Source of the DNA: Clostridia bacterium
GTDB lineage: Bacteria; Bacillota; Clostridia; TANB77; CAG-465
DNA: 40,000 nt
Assembly (NCBI GenBank): GCA_017534305.1
Contig: JAFWCU010000035.1
Coordinates: 184,749 to 224,748 of the forward strand
Reading direction: 5' to 3'
Both the position numbers and the translations under genes were made by a program. Below the pieces are notes generated by a model that was not told where the DNA came from, ran no database searches, and saw only the letters and a program-made list of their open reading frames with translations. This document shows, piece after piece, positions 1 to 8,399 of this stretch (position 1 is its first letter; every line of letters starts with the position of its first letter).

Positions 1-1134
1 AAAAAGAAAAGAAATCAACAAACAGCAATAGGATTTGGTATATTATTCGTATTAATATTAATAGTTCTTGCTGTTGTAGGACTTAAAGGTTTGAAAGAAG
101 GTAAAAAATACAAAACTACTACTATTTATGGAGCAGTAGGTGGAGGTAAAGAAAACTTCTTAGCAGATGAAGATTTTAACGAAATATTAGCAAAAGAATA
201 CGGAATTAGCGTAGTAAATGACAACTGGAGTAACGGAAAACTTGTTAAAGAATCAGTTGTAAGAAAAGAAGATGGAGCACACTATGACTTCATATTTTTC
301 TCAGATCAAAGATTCTATGAGTATTATAAAACTGCTGCTAATAAAGAGGCCGGTGAAGCTCCAAGAGAAACTGTTCTAAATGGTAGCTTAACATTAAACA
401 CACCAATAGTTATTTATAGCTGGGATGTCGTAGTAGATGCTTTAATGAGAGAACAAATAGTAACTCAAAAGGATGGAGTATACTACATTACAGATATGAA
501 CAAATTATTAAACTACATTTTAGAAGGTAAAAAATGGAAAGATATTGGACTAGATACTTTATATGGTTCAATAAATATAAATTCAACAGACCCTGTTACA
601 TCTTCTCCAGGTGCAACATATTATGGATTATTATTATCTATAATGTGTGGTGGTGAAGTTAACGAGGCAAATATTGAAGAAAACTTACCAAAACTAAAAC
701 AATTCTATGAAAAATCTGGATATATGAGCTTTGCTCCTGCAGATCTTTTTGATAAATACCTAAAAACAGGCGTTGGCGCATATCCAATGATTGTAGATTA
801 TGAAAAGAGTATAATAGACCTTGCAAACTCAAATCCAGATGGATTTGCACAAGTAAAGGATAAAATAAGAATATTATACCCAGTTCCAACAATTTGGAAT
901 TCACACTGTATTGCAACATTAACAGAAAAAGGTAATACATATTTTGAAGCATTTTCAAATAAAGATATACAACAAATTGCATGGAATAAATATGGATTTA
1001 GAACTGGTGTTACTGGTGGTAACTATGATGTAAGTAGTGTTGGAGTAGAAGGACTACCACAATCAATTGATACTGCAGTATCAGGACTTAGAATCAATAT
1101 TTATAATAGATTAATAGAGTACTTAGGACAGTAA
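1..1134 (+). CDS. membrane-anchored protein with a possible periplasmic-binding-protein-like ectodomain (5' end cut by the window edge)
   Basis: Frame 1 is open from base 1 (KKKRNQQTAIGFGILFVLILIVLAVVGL, a TM helix) into the listed 91..1134 ORF, so the true start lies upstream. The loop STDPVTSSPGATYY resembles anion-binding loops of sulfate/molybdate-type binding proteins. The stop is 15 nt before the telA-like gene. Confidence 0.5.
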   Translation, partial: KKKRNQQTAIGFGILFVLILIVLAVVGLKGLKEGKKYKTTTIYGAVGGGKENFLADEDFNEILAKEYGISVVNDNWSNGKLVKESVVRKEDGAHYDFIFFSDQRFYEYYKTAANKEAGEAPRETVLNGSLTLNTPIVIYSWDVVVDALMREQIVTQKDGVYYITDMNKLLNYILEGKKWKDIGLDTLYGSININSTDPVTSSPGATYYGLLLSIMCGGEVNEANIEENLPKLKQFYEKSGYMSFAPADLFDKYLKTGVGAYPMIVDYEKSIIDLANSNPDGFAQVKDKIRILYPVPTIWNSHCIATLTEKGNTYFEAFSNKDIQQIAWNKYGFRTGVTGGNYDVSSVGVEGLPQSIDTAVSGLRINIYNRLIEYLGQ

Positions 1135-1149
1135 GGAGGATTAATAAGT

Positions 1150-2328
1150 ATGGAAAATGAAAACTTAGTATTAGAGGTAAAACCTGAAATCTCAACTGTA
1201 GAGATTGAAAACGAGCTAGTAGCTCACAAAGCAGTTAGTGAAGAAGTAGTAGAAAATTCACTAAACTATGAAAAATTATCTGATGCAGAAAAAAATGCAA
1301 TAGATGATTTCATCTCAAAAGTAGATGTTAAAGACACATCTGTAATTCTTGCATATGGTGCTAGTGCACAACAAGAAATTGCAAAATTCTCAGATGAAGT
1401 ATTAACAAATGTTAGAACAAAAAATACAGGTGATGTAGGAGAACTTCTTACTGATCTAGTAGTAGAAATTAAAGATTTCGATAGTGCAACAGATGTTAAC
1501 AAACCAACTGGACTATTTGGAATATTTAGTTCACTTAAAAAGAGAGTTGAAAAACTTCTTGCAAAATATGATAAAGTTAACAACAATATTGACAGAATAG
1601 AAAAAAGACTTGAAGGTCACAAAGTTCAAATGTTAAAAGATATAGCTATATTTGATGAAATGTATGACAAAAACTTAGATTCATTCAAACAAATATCTTT
1701 ATACATTATTGCTGGTGAGAAAAAACTTCAAGAATTAAAAGAAGTTGAACTTCCAAAATTACAAGCTCAAGCACAAGAAAGTGGAGAACAAATAGATGCA
1801 CAAAAAGTTAACGATTTAATGGCAATCATTAACAGATTTGAGAAAAAACTATATGATTTAAAAACAACAAGAATTATCTCAATTCAAATGGCTCCACAAA
1901 TTAGAATGATTCAAAATAATGATTCTGAACTTGTAGAGAAAATTCAATCATCAATTACTAATACAATTCCACTATGGAAAAACCAAGTTGTTATTGCACT
2001 AGGACTAGCTAATGCAAAAACTGCTTTGAACACACAACAAGCTGTAACTGAAATAACTAATGAAATGTTAAAGAAAAACAGTGAAAATCTAAAACAAGGA
2101 ACTATTGAAATTGCTGCCGAAAGTGAAAAAGCAATTGTTGATGTTGAAACTCTTAAGAAAACAAATAGCGACATTATAGAAACATTAGATACTTTAATCA
2201 AAATTCATGATGAAGGTGCTAAACAACGTAGTGAAGCTGAACTAGAACTACAAAAAATCGAAAAAGAATTAAAAGATAAACTTGTAGAAATAAGAGACCA
2301 AAAACAAGCTCAAGCTGTTGAGGAATAA
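1150..2328 (+). CDS. TelA/YaaN-like toxic anion resistance family protein
   Basis: 392 aa, all-helical and coiled-coil-like. The block LFGIFSSLKKRVEKLLAKYDKVNNNIDRIEKRLEGHKVQMLKDIAIFDEMY is typical of the TelA family. RBS TAAGGAGG lies upstream of the ATG. Confidence 0.8.
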   Translation: MENENLVLEVKPEISTVEIENELVAHKAVSEEVVENSLNYEKLSDAEKNAIDDFISKVDVKDTSVILAYGASAQQEIAKFSDEVLTNVRTKNTGDVGELLTDLVVEIKDFDSATDVNKPTGLFGIFSSLKKRVEKLLAKYDKVNNNIDRIEKRLEGHKVQMLKDIAIFDEMYDKNLDSFKQISLYIIAGEKKLQELKEVELPKLQAQAQESGEQIDAQKVNDLMAIINRFEKKLYDLKTTRIISIQMAPQIRMIQNNDSELVEKIQSSITNTIPLWKNQVVIALGLANAKTALNTQQAVTEITNEMLKKNSENLKQGTIEIAAESEKAIVDVETLKKTNSDIIETLDTLIKIHDEGAKQRSEAELELQKIEKELKDKLVEIRDQKQAQAVEE

Positions 2329-2341
2329 TAAGGCAAAAAAG

Positions 2342-2369
2342 ATACGGGACTTAACATCCCGTATTTTTT
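2342..2369. terminator. bidirectional rho-independent terminator between convergent genes
   Basis: ATACGGGA-cttaaca-TCCCGTAT hairpin followed by a T-run. It sits between the telA-like stop (2328) and the stop of the convergent gene (2375). Confidence 0.8.
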
Positions 2370-2374
2370 ATTTT

Positions 2375-3403
2375 CTATTCTAATGAATACTCATCAGTAA
2401 GATTACCAACAATTTCTTCTACAGCGTCTTTTAGTGTTATAACACCAGCCATTCTATTTTCATCTTTAACAATTACCATAGCTTGTTTTTCAGATTGCAT
2501 CATTCTAAAAATATCATCTATTTTATCATTTATATCAACAAAGTATGGCGTATGCATAGCTGTTTTATAGTCTAATTTTCCATTTTGTGAATATCTAATA
2601 AGCAATTCTTTTACAACAAGAATACCAACAATATTGTCCATCTTATCTTTATATACTGGTATTCTTGAAAAATTACAATTCTTTATAATGTGTAGTAGTG
2701 CTTTTTCACTAGTATAAGTATCTATAGCAATAACTTTCTCACGAGGTGTCATTACTTTTTCAGCTGTAGTATCATCAAACTTAAATACTTTAAGAAGTAA
2801 ATCTTCTTCTTCCATATCTATTATTCCTTCGGTTCTTCCGCGAGAGATAATAGAGATTATTTCATTTTCTGTAATAGTATCATCAGTCTTCTTCTTTATA
2901 CCTAAAAGCTTACATACAAAGTTTGTAGTTGTACTAAGTAGTATTACTATTGGATAGAATATCTTTTGAAAAATAGTAATAGGAAAGCTACAGAAGTATG
3001 CTACCTTTTGTGGAGAAACAAGAGCTATTCTTTTTGGAACAAGTTCACCAAGTATTAATGTAAAGAAAGATAATACTAAAGTAACAAGTATAATTAGTAT
3101 TGTTTCAGTAGAAGAAAGACTAAGTGGAATAAGTGGAGCAACTACTTGTGCAAGTTTTTCAGCAAGAGTTTCTGCGGCAAAAGCACTAGACAAGAAACCA
3201 ATTACTGTAATACTTATCTGTATAACTGCTAAAACATTACTTGAATTTTCTAATAATTTCTTAACTCTTTTTGCTTTTTTATTTTCTTGCTTAATATCAT
3301 TATCTAACTGGATTTTATTGATAGATACAAACGCCATTTCAGATGCAGAAAAAAATCCATTAATGAGTATTAAAACAAAAAGCAAAACAATTTTCAATAT
3401 CAT
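2375..3403 (-). CDS. DUF21 (CNNM) + CBS-pair membrane protein (hemolysin/CorB-like family)
   Basis: Start moved to the internal ATG at 3403 (MILKIVLLFVLILINGFFSASEMAF, the canonical DUF21 N-terminus), with RBS GAAGGATG at about 3413-3419. Four TM segments are followed by a CBS pair. The protein ends at EIVGNLTDEYSLE, so it appears to lack a CorC_HlyC C-terminal domain. Confidence 0.8.
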   Translation of the reverse strand: MILKIVLLFVLILINGFFSASEMAFVSINKIQLDNDIKQENKKAKRVKKLLENSSNVLAVIQISITVIGFLSSAFAAETLAEKLAQVVAPLIPLSLSSTETILIILVTLVLSFFTLILGELVPKRIALVSPQKVAYFCSFPITIFQKIFYPIVILLSTTTNFVCKLLGIKKKTDDTITENEIISIISRGRTEGIIDMEEEDLLLKVFKFDDTTAEKVMTPREKVIAIDTYTSEKALLHIIKNCNFSRIPVYKDKMDNIVGILVVKELLIRYSQNGKLDYKTAMHTPYFVDINDKIDDIFRMMQSEKQAMVIVKDENRMAGVITLKDAVEEIVGNLTDEYSLE

Positions 3404-3652
3404 ATAATCAACATCCTTCAATAATAAATTATCATATAATATGAAAATATACAACCAAATAGATAATATATAAGCACATAAAAAATATTATACTTTTATG
3501 TTGCGTATTGAAAAATAAGACAAAAATAAATATTACAATTACATAACAAATGAAAAAGCGAGCAATTGTTCTTGATTTTTCTTAAAAAGTATAGTATAAT
3601 ACAAATAGTAAAAACGAACATAAATTTTTTTAGTAAACAACCTCTACGGTAA

Positions 3653-3686
3653 AAAGGATGCATTTTTAATGCATCCTTTGTTTTTT
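3653..3686. terminator. bidirectional rho-independent terminator downstream of the M23 peptidase gene
   Basis: AAAGGATGCAT-tttta-ATGCATCCTTT perfect 11-bp hairpin. It is flanked by TTTT on the minus sense and GTTTTTT on the plus sense. Confidence 0.8.
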
Positions 3687-4464
3687 ATTTATATATAAAT
3701 AGTAGTGGATTCATACCACTAGACTCTTTAGTATCTTTTCTAACTGCAAAATGAAGATGACAATGCTTATCATTCACTACGGTTGAAACATCTTCTCTAC
3801 CAGTTATTGTACCAATAGCTTGTCCTTGATATACATATTGACCATTAGATACGTATATAGTAGTTAAATTTGAATAATATGTATATAAATCATAACCTTT
3901 TATATTATGCTTAATCATTATATAGTTATCTTGGTCTTCACTATAGCCAACGTCAACTACAATACCATTTGCAGCACACAAAACTTCTTGACCACTATAT
4001 CCATTTAAGTCTATAGCTGGATGAGATAAGTCATAGTTTCTGTTTGTAGAAGAATTATCTAAAGGCTTAATTATAGTTCCTCTTAAATCTTTGTAATAGT
4101 TGTAACTTGAATAATATAAAATATTATTCCATAAACCAAATTTTAAATCTAAATTAAATGAAGAAGAATCATCTTGTAAAGCATAATGCATTCTTTTTTC
4201 ATCTAGTTTGGCTTTTAAAAAGCTTACAGGCTTAAATATCCATATAAGTAGGATAATTAATAGTATAGTAATTATCTTACCTTTATGCTTATATTTTGGC
4301 TTTGTAGAGGCTATAAAATCATCTACTTTAGAGTTGTGTTTGTTAATTCTAAATTTTTCTTTTGTATCAGATTTATTTTTCTTAGTTTTACTAACTGCAT
4401 TATTTTCTTTAGGACTTTGAGTGTAATCTGGATCAACACCAATATACTTAATATCGTCTGCCAT
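3685..4464 (-). CDS. M23 family metallopeptidase, N-terminally membrane-anchored
   Basis: HPAIDL (HxxxD) and HCHLHF (HxH) zinc-ligand motifs. TM helix IITILLIILLIWIF. The start overlaps the stop of the upstream pentapeptide gene (TAATG). Confidence 0.85.
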   Translation of the reverse strand: MADDIKYIGVDPDYTQSPKENNAVSKTKKNKSDTKEKFRINKHNSKVDDFIASTKPKYKHKGKIITILLIILLIWIFKPVSFLKAKLDEKRMHYALQDDSSSFNLDLKFGLWNNILYYSSYNYYKDLRGTIIKPLDNSSTNRNYDLSHPAIDLNGYSGQEVLCAANGIVVDVGYSEDQDNYIMIKHNIKGYDLYTYYSNLTTIYVSNGQYVYQGQAIGTITGREDVSTVVNDKHCHLHFAVRKDTKESSGMNPLLFIYK

Positions 4465-5105
4465 TATTCTTTAACAACAATACCTAAAAGCTTAACAAAG
4501 GCAAGGCTTTGTGAACCTGTAAGTATTACTCCTTTTATATCTTTTGGATAAACTGTAATTCCAGATATTTCACTATCCCTTAAATCTAATCCTGAAAGTT
4601 TTGTATCACTTAAGTTTGCAAAACTTAAGTCTGAGTTAGTAATTTCTAAGTTTTTATGTTTTACATCTGTAAAATTTGAATATCTCATAGATGAATTAGA
4701 TATATCTACATAGTTCATAGAACTATTATCTAATACAATATCATTTAATACACATTCTTCAAATTTAACGTTATCCAAATATGAAGAAGAAGCTATTGCT
4801 CCTGTCAATTTAGAATTTTTAAATAGTACTCTTTTGAAAGAAGATTTTTCAAAGTTTATTCCGGTTAAATCGCAAGAGTCAAAAACTACATCTTCAACTT
4901 CGCATTTTGGAAGAATGGTACCACTAAATTTAACATTTTTAAAATAGCTTTTAGAAAGTATTACTTCATCTAATTCAAAATTTGTTATTTCCTCATTTTG
5001 TATTCTACAGCTATCTATTTTATCTGAGTATTTAAGATAGCCAGTAGGATCAAAAAGAACATCTAGCTCTATTGGAAGTCTAGGTCCTGAAAGCATTTTA
5101 ATCAC
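4464..5105 (-). CDS. pentapeptide-repeat protein
   Basis: 213 aa with tandem 5-residue periodicity, e.g. SCDLTGINFEKSSFKRVLFKNSKLTGAIASSSYLDNVKFEECVLNDIVLDNSSMNYVDISNSSMRYSNFTD. Confidence 0.8.
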   Translation of the reverse strand: MIKMLSGPRLPIELDVLFDPTGYLKYSDKIDSCRIQNEEITNFELDEVILSKSYFKNVKFSGTILPKCEVEDVVFDSCDLTGINFEKSSFKRVLFKNSKLTGAIASSSYLDNVKFEECVLNDIVLDNSSMNYVDISNSSMRYSNFTDVKHKNLEITNSDLSFANLSDTKLSGLDLRDSEISGITVYPKDIKGVILTGSQSLAFVKLLGIVVKE

Positions 5106-5238
5106 ATCCTTTAGATAATAATAGTATATAGACTTGTATGCGTTTTGTCAAATAATAATAAAATTAATTTAAAAGTGTGGAAATAATTTATTATTTGGTA
5201 TATAATCAAAAAAAAGATTGCATATTTAGGGGGAAAAT

Positions 5239-6120
5239 ATGGAACTAAATCAAAAGGTTGGAAATATGCTGACACCGGAACAAAAAGCAAATTTTCAAAA
5301 AGATAATGGTAAGTTCAAATTACTAAATCATATAGTAATAGTACCAATTATCTCAACACTTTTGGGAATCTATTTAGAAAACTTTATTATAGTTGGTGTT
5401 TCAATTGCACTAATTATAGCGTTTTTGATACTAAAAACGTATTCATTTACACACAGAAACTTAGTATACGAAAAAGAGATAATTCCTATAGTATTAAATG
5501 AAATATTTGAAGACGTGTTATGCATGGATAAAGATGAAGAAATTAAAGAAAATTTTAAAAAATCACAACTTGTGGATGATTATGACAAGGTAAAAGTAGA
5601 TAGAACTGTAGTTATTAGACAGCCTAATTACGTTGTTAACGTATCAAAAATTAATATTTTACAAGAAAATGTTGAAGAAAATGATGGAGTAGTAGATAAA
5701 GAAATAGAAGACAAGATGAGTGGACTTTTCGCATATACTAGACTTCCTTCAAAATCTTTAATAGACTACAAAGTAATTAGAAAAGGACTAAACGCTTCAC
5801 TTGATGATTTAATTAAAATTCCAAACATGGATTTTGATAGAGCTTATGATGTATATGCTAAAAGCCCAGTTGAAGTAAGAAATGTTTTATCTTATGGTGT
5901 AATGGCAAGGATTCTAGATTTTGATACAGAGCTTGGAAAAATTATTAGCTTTTCTATAGTTGAAGATATGTTATATATTGCTATAGATTATCCAAAATTC
6001 TTAGAGTTTAAAGGAAAAGGAAGAACATTTGTTATTGAGTCACAAGCACAAGAAGATTTAAGAGAATTAGAAATATTAGATATGTTCATTACGTATATAA
6101 TGAATATGTATCAAAGATAA
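5239..6120 (+). CDS. membrane protein, DUF3137-like
   Basis: N-terminal TM hairpin, and a C-terminal block FDRAYDVYAKSPVEVRNVLSYGVMARILDF that resembles the conserved DUF3137 core. RBS GGGGGA precedes the ATG. Confidence 0.55.
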   Translation: MELNQKVGNMLTPEQKANFQKDNGKFKLLNHIVIVPIISTLLGIYLENFIIVGVSIALIIAFLILKTYSFTHRNLVYEKEIIPIVLNEIFEDVLCMDKDEEIKENFKKSQLVDDYDKVKVDRTVVIRQPNYVVNVSKINILQENVEENDGVVDKEIEDKMSGLFAYTRLPSKSLIDYKVIRKGLNASLDDLIKIPNMDFDRAYDVYAKSPVEVRNVLSYGVMARILDFDTELGKIISFSIVEDMLYIAIDYPKFLEFKGKGRTFVIESQAQEDLRELEILDMFITYIMNMYQR

Positions 6121-6375
6121 AATAAGACTATTAGTAAAAATAATAGCCTTATTTTTTTATGCAAAAATTACAAATATAAATACTATAGATGGCTAAATAT
6201 ATGCAAAAAATGACAAAATGTAATAATATATAAATATTAATGTTAACAATAAAATATTAATATCAAAGGTTATTAATATAAAGATTTTATCTTGAATTTA
6301 ATTAAAAATAGCTATATTGCATTATTAAAAAATATAATGTTATAATTCAGTTGTAATTAAATAGGAGGAAAATTT

Positions 6376-7689
6376 ATGTATTGTTCAAAATGTGGAAATG
6401 AAATTAAAGATGGTTCTCTTTTTTGTGATAAATGTGGAAATAAATTAGAGATGCCACAAGAAGCAAAAGAACCAGAAACTACTTCGCAAGAAGTAGTAGA
6501 AGAAGTTACTCCAAAACAAGAAGGAGTAACAGAAGATAGACTAGATGAAATACTTAGTATGTTAGATGAAAAAGAAGAAAAGGTTGAAGAACCTATTGAA
6601 GAAAAAGTAGAGGAAAAAACTGAAGAAGTTGAAATCCCTATAGTTGAAGAAACTAAAGAAGAGGTTAGTCAAGATAGATTAGACGAAATTCTAGGTATGC
6701 TAGATGAAAAAGAGGAATCAAAAGAAGAGGAACAAACAGTTGAAGAACCTGTTCAACCTCAAGAACCAGCACCTGTTGTAGAACCTCAACCAGTTCAACA
6801 AACAATAATACAAGAGCCTGTTGCTACAACAATTGTACCTGAAGCAAATAGAGTAGCAACTGAAGTTGTTTCAAAACCTGTTACTCAAAAAGTTGAAGAA
6901 CCAAAAGCACCTGAAGCTAAAAGTAATTCACCACTTGGCTTAATTTCAATGATAATTGGTATTGCATGTATACCTTTAGCTTTCTTTATTAAATTATGGA
7001 CTATTCCTGTAGCTATTGTAGGCATCATAGTTGGAGCATGTCATAAAGGAAAAGATAATAAAAAGACAGCAGGTATTGCTTTAAGTGCTGCAAGTATTCC
7101 AATTGCTGTTATTGTAGCAATTGTTGCAGGTATATTTGGACTTGTTGGAGGACTATTTAATTTAGCCGGAGACGCTATAAAAGAAGAAATTAAAACTCAA
7201 ACTCAAACAGAAATTGAAACAAAATCATTGGTATATAAAGGCGATGGCTTTACTTTTAACTATAACTCAAATTGGAGCATTGTAAAAAATGATGACGGTG
7301 ACTATTTAGATTATAAAGATCAAGGAGATTACCTAGTTCCAGTAGAAATTATTAGTCTTGTTGATGAAGATGGTGCTGATGATGTATCTACAAAAGAAGG
7401 AAGAAATTCTTTTTACTCATATTTATTGGATTATTGGATCCAAGAATATGAAGGCACAAATGTTACAATAAAAGGAGATTCTAATTTTAAATATCTAAAA
7501 GATGATTTGTATTATGCAACGTATACATATGAAGATAAAGATAATAATAGAAAGGGACACTATATAATTATAGCTTCAAAAGATAATAACTCAGTCTTAA
7601 CAATGGTAACTTCGTGTTCAACAATGGACCCTGAAGAACTAATGGATGAAGTTGAGATAATTTTAAAAACTTTAGAAATGGTCAAATAA
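6376..7689 (+). CDS. zinc-ribbon membrane protein with an acidic repeat linker and an extracytoplasmic C-terminal domain
   Basis: N-terminal CxxC-x12-CxxC (MYCSKCGNEIKDGSLFCDKCGN). A duplicated [ED]DRLDEIL[SG]MLDEKEE segment and a P/Q/E-rich linker. Three TM helices. RBS TAGGAGG. Confidence 0.7.
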   Translation: MYCSKCGNEIKDGSLFCDKCGNKLEMPQEAKEPETTSQEVVEEVTPKQEGVTEDRLDEILSMLDEKEEKVEEPIEEKVEEKTEEVEIPIVEETKEEVSQDRLDEILGMLDEKEESKEEEQTVEEPVQPQEPAPVVEPQPVQQTIIQEPVATTIVPEANRVATEVVSKPVTQKVEEPKAPEAKSNSPLGLISMIIGIACIPLAFFIKLWTIPVAIVGIIVGACHKGKDNKKTAGIALSAASIPIAVIVAIVAGIFGLVGGLFNLAGDAIKEEIKTQTQTEIETKSLVYKGDGFTFNYNSNWSIVKNDDGDYLDYKDQGDYLVPVEIISLVDEDGADDVSTKEGRNSFYSYLLDYWIQEYEGTNVTIKGDSNFKYLKDDLYYATYTYEDKDNNRKGHYIIIASKDNNSVLTMVTSCSTMDPEELMDEVEIILKTLEMVK

Positions 7690-7731
7690 TAAGTTTTAAT
7701 AAACTAATTTGAACAATATTTAAACATAAAA

Positions 7732-7771
7732 AAAGGGATATTAGAATCAAATCTAATATCCTTTATTTTTT
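7732..7771. terminator. bidirectional rho-independent terminator
   Basis: AAAGGGATATTAGA-atcaaa-TCTAATATCCTTT hairpin with one bulged G and T-runs on both sides. It closes both the + strand zinc-ribbon gene and the minus-strand RNA/oapA-like unit. Confidence 0.8.
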
Positions 7772-7787
7772 AGTTTAATGTATGTAA

Positions 7788-8351
7788 CTATTTATCTTTC
7801 TTTTTAAAACTAAAAATTCCTAAGACTTTTGTAAATCTATCAACTATTTTATTACTGTGAGCTTGAGCAACAAGTTTAAAACCTGCTTTACCACCAATTG
7901 TAAGCGATGCAACTAATGCTGAAATGATTACTTGCATATTTATTGGTAAGTTATATCTCTCAGTAATTTTTAATGCAATTATTGTACCTACGGCACCACT
8001 TATGATACCACATACGTCACCAATTACGTCGGCACATATACTAGATAGTTTGGGAGCATTCCTAATAAGTTTTATTGAAGTTTTAGCTCCGTCTAATTTT
8101 CTACTTGCTTTAGAATGGAATTCTTTTTCCTCAGCATAGTTAACAGCCATGGAAATCATATCAAAAAGAATACCAAGAGCTATAACAAGTAATAATACTA
8201 AAATTGCAATAGGTATAGGTAGTATATTTACTGTCTCAGTTGCAATAAATGAGAAAACTATTGACAGTATAAATGATAAAAGCGACACTGTCGCTACCCA
8301 TTTACCAGTTGAACTATTATCTTTCTCATTTTTTGAATCTTGCGATTTCAT
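7788..8351 (-). CDS. oapA: small four-TM membrane protein, OapA-like (putative OLE-RNA-associated protein A)
   Basis: Start set at ATG 8351 (MKSQDSKNEK...), preceded by RBS AAGGGGAG. 187 aa with four predicted TM helices and a DVIGD motif in TM3. It is co-oriented with and immediately downstream of the structured RNA, with no terminator between them. The family call rests on synteny and architecture only. Confidence 0.6.
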   Translation of the reverse strand: MKSQDSKNEKDNSSTGKWVATVSLLSFILSIVFSFIATETVNILPIPIAILVLLLVIALGILFDMISMAVNYAEEKEFHSKASRKLDGAKTSIKLIRNAPKLSSICADVIGDVCGIISGAVGTIIALKITERYNLPINMQVIISALVASLTIGGKAGFKLVAQAHSNKIVDRFTKVLGIFSFKKKDK

Positions 8352-8399
8352 ATTTATATTATCTCCCCTTAAAAGCAATAATAAGATGGTGATTTTTTA

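Noticed and set aside
659-2201. Minus-strand ORFs inside the first two genes (659..982, 1266..1586, 1944..2201)
   Set aside because: They lie entirely antisense to strongly supported CDSs. They have Ser/Leu/Phe-rich shadow-frame composition and no start signals. The same reasoning applies to the other short antisense ORFs in the track (for example 4208..4551, 10734..10922, 14659..14877, 16159..16362, 16802..17887, 18505..18776, 19004..19992 minus, 20095..20292, 22974..23231, 23936..24142, 24470..24709, 25336..25771, 27557..27972, 28868..29359 minus, 30789..31163, 31753..32823 minus, 34526..34714, 35486..36312 minus and 37474..37911 minus).
3404-3652. Long 5' leader of the DUF21-CBS (CorB-like) gene; considered as a possible Mg2+ (M-box) riboswitch
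   Set aside because: The region is almost pure A/T, with no GC-rich helices or conserved M-box-like segments. It is more likely just promoter and spacer.
6121-6375. AT-rich 255-bp intergenic region with recurring ATATTAAT(AT) palindromic words; considered as operator sites
   Set aside because: The sequence is extremely AT-rich and of low complexity, where such palindromes are expected by chance. I recognise no match to a known operator consensus (CodY, Spo0A, CcpA).
6532-6720. Direct repeat of about 45 nt, spaced about 138 nt apart; considered as a possible repeat array or regulatory repeat
   Set aside because: There are only two copies. Both are in frame inside a CDS and encode the same peptide module. 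This is a coding duplication, not a CRISPR-like or regulatory array.
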